A stretch of 63,648 nucleotides of DNA, counting the filler, from Phoronis australis (Eukaryota; Animalia; Phoronida), in NCBI GenBank assembly GCA_002633005.1. It is 11 parts of 11 records of this genome, joined end to end, with 100 filler letters (N's around TTAATTAATTAA, not from the genome) between each part and the next. Parts side by side here need not be neighbours in the genome. Positions count along the whole stretch, not along the records: positions 38,517 to 42,058 come from NMRA01002965.1; positions 42,159 to 49,507 come from NMRA01002031.1; positions 49,608 to 58,615 come from NMRA01001558.1; 8 more parts are not named here. The stretch is one strand, 5' to 3'. The position numbers and the translations under genes are program-made. The first letter of the stretch is position 1; each line of letters starts with the position of its first letter. Positions 40,991-52,293 of the stretch are shown piece after piece. Under the pieces are notes generated by a model. That model ran no database searches. It saw nothing but the letters and a program-made list of their open reading frames with translations, and was not told the origin of the DNA.

Positions 40991-43489
40991 CTGGAACAAT
41001 TGAAAGAAAACATATTAAGACTTTGAAGACACTGAGGCATTAGCAGACATTATCAAAGCTAGATTGTATACAGATAGTGCTGAGTGCAAGCCATTTTCAT
41101 CACAGTTTCCACCAACATAAAGACCCAATGGGGACTCTTTGTAAACGTGCATTGGAAAAGCATTTTCGGCACGGGATAAAGGTATGAAAAATGTGGCAAA
41201 ATGGCATTTTTTCCCATTTGTGGTCTGAAAGGACATTTCAGATATTTCATGTTAATTGACTGCTTGTCAACGAAGGCAATACCAAACGACTCTCATGGCA
41301 ATCAAACTGTTAATAAAGAAGAACTAGGTCGGTATTTCAAGTCAAATAAAGATATGTTAAAATTTCTAGGTGTAAAGTAAAATAAACAAATCACCGTCTC
41401 TGACGCCACCCAAAATTCAATTTTCAAATCTCAAGTCCAAGTCACAAACTCCCTCTTAAAGTACACTTTTACTGCCTACAGCGGTAGAACATTTTTAAAA
41501 AGCCACCTAGGGGCTTTTTGAGGATGCATAATCCCTTCAGGGACGTTTCTAGAAACACAGAAACCCAAAACTTAACAGTTTCCCATTCCTCTACATTGTA
41601 AATGATCACATGATCAAGAAACAAACTGTATCAATGTATGATTTGAACAAGCTATGATAAAGTTTCCCTACTGCTGCAATGATAAGACGAGTCAACATTA
41701 AATGATGACTTGCTCTCCATTCAAATTTCACTGCATTCTATGGGCGTATGAGAACACTAGCTGAACACTGTATTTCTGGATTTGCACACAAGTCAAGTCA
41801 TTCCATCACAGATTAGACAATAGATGCATGGACTTATCAACAAAGCAACAGCACTTGCAATGAGCATTATTTCTCTTTTCTTTTATTGTGGTTAATCAAT
41901 TTTTGCTGTTCAAGTCATGTAAAGGTTAAATTTTCCATGCCAGGTTTAAGTTTTATGATCCCCAGTGTCTAAAATTGGCTAGAAAGAATATTGTCAAGAA
42001 CAGTCAGCGGTTATCACTGACAAACATCTCTGTTCCTTTATCCCCCAACAAAAAAAAANNNNNNNNNNNNNNNNNNNNNNNNNNNNNNNNNNNNNNNNNN
42101 NNTTAATTAATTAANNNNNNNNNNNNNNNNNNNNNNNNNNNNNNNNNNNNNNNNNNNNGTTTCGCTGCGCTTTCGATTGCGTGATCCCGAGTTGGGAAAG
42201 GTGATCTCGGGTTTGGATAATATGAAAATATATATACCCCTGCCTGTATTGCTTGTATTTTCATCTTTTATTCTGTAAAGACCACACAATTGCTTGTTCC
42301 GGGAGGTTTATAGGAGTTTGCCATCTCTATAGAAGTGTTTTTAACTTGTTAATTTTGCATAGTGTAAAGAAATTTAAAATATACGACACATAATTAGTGA
42401 CAGTGGCGCACAATTATCAAGTCATGCATGATCGAGGAAGGGTCCGAGAGCCGGGCCGTGTCTCAGTGTGGTCCAACTGAGCCGTGCGTTTCCGGCCGGG
42501 TGCGTAAGCCGTGTTCTTCCGAGTGCGGAGCAACTCCGCTCTACACAAATTTGATTGCATGTACATGTACACTGTACATGTATATGCAATGTAATAGCCC
42601 ACTGGCTTATAGTGTTGAAAATGTTACTTACGAGATACGTTGGTTAACGTAAATCAGAATTGAAGGCCCACTTGTGTAGGCCTACAGCCTCTGTCATACA
42701 AATTTGTCAAAATATGTGTATGAAAGTTGAGTAAATGATGGAAACTCGCTGTTAAGTACATTCTCGCAGAAGATTATTAAAAGACCATGGCAAGTGAGAC
42801 TGACGATCAGACGTCGAGCAAAATGTAAAATTGAAGCCTGCAGCAAATACCACCAAAAGTTTAAGAATGACTTTTTTAGCCACAACTTAACATGGCGTTA
42901 CCTCATACAATGTAGTTACAGATTTTTACTCGGTTACGTCGGTTGCTCTAATCGTAGATTACATGTAGAATATAACGGTAGATTAGAATTGATCTGCAAG
43001 GACAACTATAGATTAAATGCTATTTAATAATATTTGTGATAACATTGTAGAAGATGAGCATAATTGCATATGATATGTAAAGGATATAATGAGTTCAGGT
43101 CACCTCTTATGAGAAGAAATCAGTCAAAAGCATCCCCCCCCACACACAAGAATTTTACCCCCATACTGGGAATTTCTTCTCATTTATATCTATTTCGCAG
43201 AATCTAGGAAAAAATGTTTCGATGTACCTTCAGTTCTGTTTGAGCTGATGTATTTCGGTCGACCCCTGTTCCCTAGTTCCTACCCCTCCCCTGTGTTTCC
43301 CGCCCCTATGTTACCCCGTCCCTACGTGTTCCCCGTCCGGATACTCTTCATGCTGGTTAATAAAACCCTGTTTTGATGATTTCAATCAGTCCTCCTTCTG
43401 CCACCGGCTAATGCGTCATTGGCGTCAGTCTTGAAAGATAAAAGCAGTAATCGACTAAAAACTCATAAACCCTATTTCGCAAATTACAG

Positions 43490-43755
43490 ATTATGTGCTT
43501 TGGTGGGTGGTCTCTTCCCCACAATGGCTGTGTAATTCGTTAAAAAAGTAGGTCGATTTCTTCGAGAGCCCATAATGCTTCGGAAGTGGCTGGCGGCAGT
43601 GAAGAATGAATGGCACGCGGTGAATACCAAGTATGAGGCCGCGAAGCATCTCCGTGTCTTCGTCGACAGTGATTTCACTGACGACTGCCAGCTTACCAAG
43701 TAGCTCATGCCAGGGCAGAAAAATGGACTGAGGCTGAAGTCAGATGCTGTGTGCG
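43490..43755 (+). pseudogene. Degenerate THAP domain relic
   Basis: LRKWLAAVK...HLRVF..SDFTDDC...LRLKSDAV matches the THAP W...(C..H)F...L..DAVP pattern, with the Zn ligands lost and a stop. Confidence 0.5.
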
Positions 43756-46700
43756 CTCGGCAGGAAGGAGACAAAGAAACGCAGATTAGTTGTTGATCAG
43801 TTTTTGATTATGCAAAATTGTAGTTGGCCATGAAAACATAAACAGTTGCAATAAATTCAAGGCATGAGAACATAACGTTTTATATAACCTGTTTGGTGTC
43901 TTACTCGTTCGTCAGGCTTCTGTTTGGACCTCTGGATGTAGGGTGTTTCCGCCATTTCTTTTCCAAGCCCCGAACGCCATAAGCAGACCTCTGCTTAAAT
44001 GCGTAAAAAATCAGGATGGTCTGTGCGACACACCTGCGCTTCTACAAGAAGGCATTTCACTTGCAGAACTTCGTGGCAGCAAACACAAGCAGCTTCAGTC
44101 GTTTCCATTATCGAGCAGTTATCGCACTGCAATGACCATGATAAATCATTCAAACGGGTTTTGGAACCACCCATATGTTCCGTTGTCTGTGCGCGTTGAC
44201 GGAGCCTCTCTAATATATCTTGATCAGTGATAGCCTGTAGAACCTAACGATCGACATGTGAAGTCTACGTTTGGATGAGAATTCGTCTACGTCGGGATTG
44301 CGAGTTGCCATATTGACGGTTATTGTGCAATCTGTTTCAAGATGACTTATTCTTTTTCCTAACCAATGTTTATATAAAACTGAAACAAAGTCTGTCTCAT
44401 TAGATACAATTTGTAATGCCTTTGGAGTGTGCATGAGAGCAAATGTTTTTAGAAGCCAGCAATAAATAAATCACTTCGTTACAGGCTTTAGGTGCAATAA
44501 CGCTAATTGACCAGGCACCGAGGCCGTGTGAGCGCATGCTAATTCAATGTTTGCTGACAGAAAGCCGTTGCAAAACAATAACTCGTTTTTATATCCTATG
44601 GTCAAATGTTAGGGGAATCTTTATTTGGATATACATAATTATAGATTATTCGAATCTTTGTTATTGTACGACTTTTGGCCCTGACTCTTCTGTGGAAGTG
44701 GAATTTGTTTTTGTGTGCCCCGACGAGTAAGTAGATTTGCAGTTTCGCGGCTAATCTACTAAAATGATCACGTGCACTTTATCTTTCTAGGTCACTAGCA
44801 TACTTTTTTCGTGACTCGAAGATTAGTTTCCCACTTTCGCAGGTTTATGTTCGTGATGTCTTCAGTCTGGCCGCAACGAGCCCGATCGGGTTCCGAGCCA
44901 CTGGCCGGGATAATTACAAGCGCTTTAAGTGTTTACAATTGAAAAAAAATCGCGAGTCTCAAATTACAACACACGGCTATCTTCTTCTATCTGTATTTCA
45001 CGGAAGAATAATTCTTATTACTGAACAGACCCCAAACTCCCGCGACTGACCTTGGTAATTAAATTGGCCTTCCGAACTTTGTAGGCTACGGTAGGCCTAC
45101 TACGTTCAAATACCTAAAACTCCGTAACAGCAAGACAAAACAACACGTTGTTCAAGAACTCGGTGTATTTGTAATGATTTTACATCTAATTTTGATGATT
45201 TATTGGTGTAAAACGATGACTCAAGCGATAAGCTCCCACCAGTACATGACGGCGTTTTTCCGTTCAGTGACTTTACCAGACGTAGAGGGTTGTGAGCGTG
45301 TGATAACCTCTAGCTTCTTTGTTAAATGCCAAGCACAGTCTTTTGTCTGGTATGACAGCAGACAGGCCAATTATCTACCAGACTTATAGCAGACCACGTG
45401 TGAACACATCCAAATACAGAGCGAATTGGTACATGTATATTCGGAAAGAATAGATTGTCGTAGTTGAGCGATTTTGGCAATTCAAAAACTAAACATCATC
45501 AGCATTTGACGAGAATTTCAGAAAAGCTATTGGTTCATGTTGAAATACGTTGTAACTTAACTTTTAGTTTTAGCAGCACAGCCCAGTTTATAGATATGAT
45601 CTTATTGGAGATTAGAGCAATTATCGAACAAAAGGGAGCTGGCCCTCCAACCATAAATTCCAGAACGGAGTTAATCAGTCGTGTAAGATGTTGGCTACTG
45701 GGGTAAACTTCCCAACTTGTTGTTGAGCTGTAGAATCGAACAAGTTGGGAGCAACAGAAAAACGCCGTAATGAAGCGTGTTGTGAACTGGTGAGCAGACC
45801 GCATTCGAACCTCTGACGTCATTGCTTAATTTCAACACCTCCATCTTGAGTCAGGTGTCAGGTGAAAGAACTCTACTTGCTGTAATCTAGTGGACCTACT
45901 TGATCTAAATTGATACGAAACAGGTTGTTTTGGGTGGCATTCTCCTCAGATGCGAACGAAGTTGGAAATGAAATAATCTAGAGAGATGGTGCTCGTTAAA
46001 ATTGACATTAAAATTAGTTCTACCTGAAAATATATTGAAACTGGCACATAATTGATCAAGCTTAATCATCTAATGTGAAGCTGGGACTGCCGACGAGGGT
46101 GAAGTAACCAACAATTGACAGAACGGGCCAACAATGTGACGGATAAATGAGAAATGGGAAGGACGGGGTTGTGATGGGACAGGGTGACTCGGCGACGAAA
46201 ATAGTATTAAGTGCCAGTTTCTACTGCTGGTACACAAAGGTCATCTTGACGCAAAGGCTTGCATAGCCTCAAGATGTTCTGCAATTAGCCAAAACTGACT
46301 TTATCATGTTAGCACTAATTTGGAGTGCTTATTAAAATATTTCCTGACATCGCTAATGCAATCATAGCTGATAATAAAAATTAGCAGGAGGTCGTGCTCA
46401 TTAGGTCCTACCTTATAATTTCTCACGCAGGCGCCTAGTTGAAAGCATTTCTCAGGTTGATGTTTTAATAGCTGCGTTCAATGACCGGACTTTTTTGGTT
46501 GGAGATTAGGAATCAAAGATGAATAGCGGTGATAAAGATAACGCAATGGAGAGGTTTGACTTAAGTGTTTACCCGAACAATAGTGCGCTAATCTGAATGA
46601 TCTTAATACCCTCAAAGAATATTGGTGAATTTCGATGGCGTAATGGGTGAATATCTTCCTCACTCCAGCCATAATGTAATCACTTTTATTTTTGACATTT

Positions 46701-49700
46701 CCAACAGCCAGTTACCCTACCAAAGGTTACCTGGAATTGCCCATTCCCATGGGGGCTGTTCATGCTTGAATCAAGAAATGAATTAGCTCCCATCTTTTCG
46801 CATTCTTAGTACAAGACAAAGGTGTGAAGAGCGTGGAAAATGTCATTAATTCATCAATTTAGTACCTATAAGAAACTTAAAACATTTCAAATTTATCAAT
46901 AACTTGCCACCGGAGGCGTCTCTACAACCACAGTAAACAAACTGACGATAAACTGAAACCTGCCTGCAGTTCAGTAACGCTAGGACCTCACTAAAGGCAA
47001 GACTTCACGAGATTACGTGAGATATTGCCGTGTATTTTAAATGAGAACATGTGACTTTGCCTAGATTTTGAGCTAGGTCCTAGCATAGGTCTTAGCGTTA
47101 CTGAACGCACGCCTGGCTGGCCTTTTGACTCAACCAAAGTTAAATCGGGACGGAAATAACAAATCACAACGTCCGATACCACAACAATTGTGTCCAATTT
47201 AATCTCGATTCTTGCTAAGAAATTCCTGAATTTCATGTCGTGAACACATCCACTAAAACAAGAAACTGTAGGAACACCGCATTTATCCACCTTCACTCTT
47301 ATCAGGCTTCTATTGTGAGTCAGCATGCGTGAATAATTGGCTGATAAGCCACCTCTGGAACTATTTTTGGCTGAATGGATGACCAGGCCATAAAATGATA
47401 ATATTAGCCACGACCAGTTACTAATGCAACAAAGAATAATGTCGTAGTATCACCTAGCCTTCGTGGAAAGCTGTATACTGTATTGGCTCTAATAAACGCT
47501 TAGAAAAAATCATTTCACGGGGAGGGGATTCTTATTGTAGCCTACGGCAGTTGAAAGCCGGTTTCCCAAACGGGTAAAATCGGAAGCTAGGATTCATAAA
47601 ATTTACGCTTTGTGACGAATTTTTAGCCTATGACAGTCTTTCTACAAAATTGTGGTGCATTGCTATGAACTTCCGTTGTTAAATTACGATAATTTTTCAA
47701 AAAATTGTGCTCATCACAGGGCGAAAACTTGCCGACTGATGCGTCGCCGCTGAATCGCCATCGTCAATAGGAAAACTTGTACTCTTGAATAAAAATATAG
47801 TTTCGACTCAACAAATTACCTGAAATCTTCCTGATGTTTTACAATTTTTAAAGTTCATGTGGAGTCCAGATTAATTGCGATTAAGTCCAAATGTGCGCTA
47901 CATCGTACTCCACAACAAGAGAAAAATCTCTGGATGAACACACATGTTGTTGTCACGTGACGTTTGTTTTGAAGGTCGTCTGTGTATGAGAGTGAGTGAG
48001 CGTGCGTGTGCGGGTCATCGACGATAGACTTTTTTGTTACAAAAGGCGGAGGATTATGCAAGAAAATGGCGTTTACTAGATTGTTTTTCACTTAAACGGC
48101 TGTAACGTGCAAGGTGAGTGCTGGTTCACTCACAGATTTTGTGTGCACAGGCCGACTGTCGTTAGCTCTGCCGTGGAGTATTAATAATCCAAGGCTCGAT
48201 CTACATATGTTGGGGACGAAATGAACTACCCGGGCTGTGTGAAATTTCAGGGTCTAACGGAGACACTGACACAGTGGTCAGTGAGATCGCTGTATCAAGA
48301 CTATAGTCAAAATCCAAATTCGTTTTATCGTGTCCCTGTCAATAATAATGGCATGTTAAAGCCTTCTTAATTTTCGTACTTCAGGAACATAACAATGACG
48401 TGTTTTGTACACATACGCGCACGCCGCAGATCACATCTCGGAAATTGCCGATTTGACGGATGACAATGAATGAACACAATGAAATTAACAACGTCGTTTT
48501 ACAGCTTGTAAGATTCATAATAAAAGTATATTGAATATTGCAATGCATGTGTTCCAAAATCTAAATAACTTGGGTCCTATATTTTTGTATTAGTGCGCGC
48601 CGAATGAAACTTGAGTAATCGTGAGTGTTGCTGTGTTGCAAAATCTCTTATCCTGGGCCGATTTGAAAAATTCAAAGTTGTACTCATATTTGTTTTCGCT
48701 CCTCTTTTCAAATATTACAGTAAAAACTACGTAAAACGCTCACCATAAAAAGTACAGTCTGCTGGCTAGATTGTAATCAGCTGATCATATCGGCATGAGC
48801 GAAGCCAATTATCCTCGCTCGTGACTCGATGACTAGAGCAGCCTGGCGGCATCCCTTTGATCTTGAGCCGAGTGCGACTCAGCCAAGGTGGATAAATACG
48901 GTCTAGTTCAATTTTCCATACCCCGCCGTTTACCTTAACCACTGGGGTTAGAACCAATTTTATTTAGTGGGAATGTTCATAGCATGTTTGAGAATTTTAA
49001 GTATTTGTATAATCTATGTGGCAAAATGTTAGCTCCAACAACGTACCAACAACGTAATGACTCTTGCAAAACCATGGGAACTAGCAGGACACGATAGTAC
49101 CTCAACGGCTCTAGGTAGACTAGTACACAGTATACTGTACCCACTTTATAAGTCGCAGCTCTGATAAGGTTACGATCTTGCCACTAAATTGCGAGTGTGA
49201 TAACATGTGCCTGCTGCTTAGCATTTACAATCATGATCAGACAATGAATGGTCCCGGTTGAAGGTCAAGCAACATCCAGTCAATGCAATCGACACGCGTG
49301 TCACATGCTGGCGAGATCATTTGTGAACTCCTTACGCACCTACATGTACATGTATATCTTGATTTCCGGCGCATCTGTGTTAGTGTAATGCTTCTGTTGG
49401 TTCTGTACCTATGGTGTAGGTCTACATGTATGTAAAGGTACGAAAAGATCGAAGTAAGCCCCCACGTTGGAAACTATCTGCCATCGTTTTTTCATGTTTT
49501 GGCGCGCNNNNNNNNNNNNNNNNNNNNNNNNNNNNNNNNNNNNNNNNNNNNTTAATTAATTAANNNNNNNNNNNNNNNNNNNNNNNNNNNNNNNNNNNNN
49601 NNNNNNNCCCCCCGGCAACTTTTCGCTCCCCGAACCACCGTCGCCGTAAAATGTTCAGACTCCTATAGAAACAACCTTGTTCCTGCTGAAGCGGGCAGTT

Positions 49701-50136
49701 AAAAACAAAACCATTCCGGGTGGCTAAAAAGGGTACAATGTAGGTGGTAACGATATCCAGAAAGTCACCCCACTAGATGGAGTTTGCCTCGCAAAATCGT
49801 ATTATTATAACGTTTCTTACCATTGCAGCGTTTTAATATCTTATATTGCAAACACTGAGGTTAACGACTATGCTCACGCACAAGCCCACTCCCTACCTTT
49901 AAAGTGTTTCATAATAAGCGCTCATTGATCTATTAAAAGTCCCCTCTTAAATGTTGAAATTTTCCAATTAAGCGCCCACAGTTCAAGCTAGCGCCCATCA
50001 TGGCGCACTACAAACGACCGCGTGTGGTTTAAAATTGTCACGCAGCTTATATGGTGTGTCACTTTCATTTTACACAACTTCAGTTTTCAAAAATGTCTTT
50101 TCAGAATATGTAAAAACCAAATCCCGGCTTTGTTTT

Positions 50137-50809
50137 ATCTCTCGGAAAGAAAGTTAACACCAGTGACATGCGTGTCGTTTTGTGACTGACCTATTTTTCC
50201 CGTACTAGGAAGGTATTGATAAGCAAACTCACCATTACCCGAGTTAGTTTGAATCATTAACGACTTTGATGACAGCCAGTAGCAGGCCAGATCTAACAAA
50301 ATCCCGGATACTTTTTCAACGGACATTTTCTCCCTTTTCACATCGCAAATTTAGCTACTCGAATGCACAAGTCAGTTAGAGAGCACTGATTCAACTTTCA
50401 CGTCGGCAACTTGCCTTGCGCTCTAGAGTCTTTCAACAGTAAGGCCGTACCTGCATGAATGAAGTCAATTTTGAGATCCGAAAGTTGTGAGTATTTAATT
50501 ATGCAGGTAAGAGCATAATCTATTGAAACATTTTCTCGATGATCTAAAAAATCNCGCTCTAGAGTCTTTCAATGGCGATCGTGAAGAACAGTAAGGCTGT
50601 ACCTGCATGAATGAAGTCAATTTTGAGATCTGAAATTTGTGAGTATTTATATTCTCGATGTTCTAAAAAATCTATTTTGGCGCGTAAAAATGGCGGGAAA
50701 ATTTTGCGACCTGGCATTTACGAATGCGAGCTGGATTTTGAAAATGCGACCTGGGATTTTGGCTAGGTCGTAAAATGCGACCTGGAGATTTTAATAGCGT
50801 CGAGCCCTG
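50137..50809 (+). mobile_element. Right part of the hAT-like CAGGGCTCGAC family element
   Basis: Colinear with 5194-5759 and has the same terminus; includes an assembly duplication at the single N (50554). Confidence 0.8.
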
Positions 50810-51680
50810 ACTACACAGGTGTACGTACACTACATGTCAATGATTTGTCAGGTTTATGAAAAATACTTAGAATCTAATGAGAGTTAGTTCATTTACCAAA
50901 TCTATTCAAAGAGAACAAATAAAAAGTACAGCATACATGCGCATATCTGTCTGTCATTCTTTGAAAACAGGCACATGTTAAAATATAGGGGTACGTACAC
51001 TACACAATGCTAATATTTCACTCAAAGCAAATGTATTTGTAATTAACACCCTTTTAACTGAGCATTTTTAATGAATGAAACTGTCTTTGACAAATGTTGC
51101 TTATATACCGTATAATATTTTTGTTTCACGGCATTTGTTCACATCGGGGTACGTACACTACACAGAGTTATGAAATTTCAATGACATGTCAAGTTTGTAA
51201 CTAAATACTAAGAATCTACTGAGAGTTAGTTGATTTACTAAATCAATTCAAAGAGAAAAAATAAAAAGGACAGCATTCGTGTGCATATCTGCCATACTTT
51301 GAAAATAGGCACAAATTAAAATATCGGGGTACGTTCAGTACACAAATGCTAATATTTCACTCAAAACAAATGTATTGACAAACAACACTCTTTTAACCTC
51401 ACAATTTTAAGGAAGGAAACTGTCTATGGCCAGTGTTGCTCACTTACCCAGTGATATTTTAATTGCATGGCATTTGTAAACACAGGGGTACGTACACTAC
51501 AAGGGAGGTACGTACACTACATCACTGTTTCTACATCACATGTAACATAATGTTGTATGGCCATTTATTTTTCTTTGATGAAAATAAGCACCATGTTGTT
51601 ATTTAAAAGGCAATAATTTCATTTGCAATCATCATTTGTGTTACTGAATTCCACATGGGGGTATGTACACTACATTTTGT
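50810..51680 (+). repeat. Complex tandem repeat: two ~335-bp units punctuated by GGGGTACGTACACTACA motifs
   Basis: The motif recurs about 7 times (~50817, 50987, 51146, 51325, 51485, 51505, 51657), and the intervening blocks repeat alternately. Confidence 0.75.
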
Positions 51681-52293
51681 TAGCCTTTTTGGCCCATTTT
51701 CAACATAGCAGAACCCAGTCAATATCCAAATTTTGATTTAGATATTGAATAATTTGCTGTGTTGCCTAGGCTAACATATTCTGCAGTTCTTTGTATGACA
51801 GAGTTTGAACTTTAGTTTTTAACCGTCCTTACAGTAGGTGAGGGTTAGAAAAACAGAATTTACAAATTTCGTAACGAGTGCCTGTTTTATGATGAACCCA
51901 TTTCTCAATGTTTAAGCACAACTTCATCTAAGTGATTCTAAAAGTGACTCAAGTTGTTCCCAGTCATATCTAAGCAATTGCTTACTTGATAAAAAAATTT
52001 CTTTTCTACTGCTGACAATTGAAAATTGTAATTTTTAAAATGGCCACTCGTAACGCTAAAAATGCATGAAATTCACAGACAAAAACATTGTCAGATTTTG
52101 ATGATTCTTTTTTAATTTGCACAACTAAATACCTCTTTGCATATGAGATTCAGTTGGCATTTGGTAGTGACCAAAAAAAAATTATTTTAGACCGTAACGC
52201 AGTCAACTCTCGAATATGGACCTTGATTGTGATTTAGCCGATATCAACCCAACTACATACGGTATTCAGAAAAACGACTTTTGCCAAGGATAC

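Noticed and set aside
42159-42415. Another tRNA-LTR copy or an LTR/PBS junction
   Set aside because: The resemblance is limited to a short gatcccgag...gtgatctcgg hairpin, the putative PBS is not a clear tRNA complement, and no second LTR is present.
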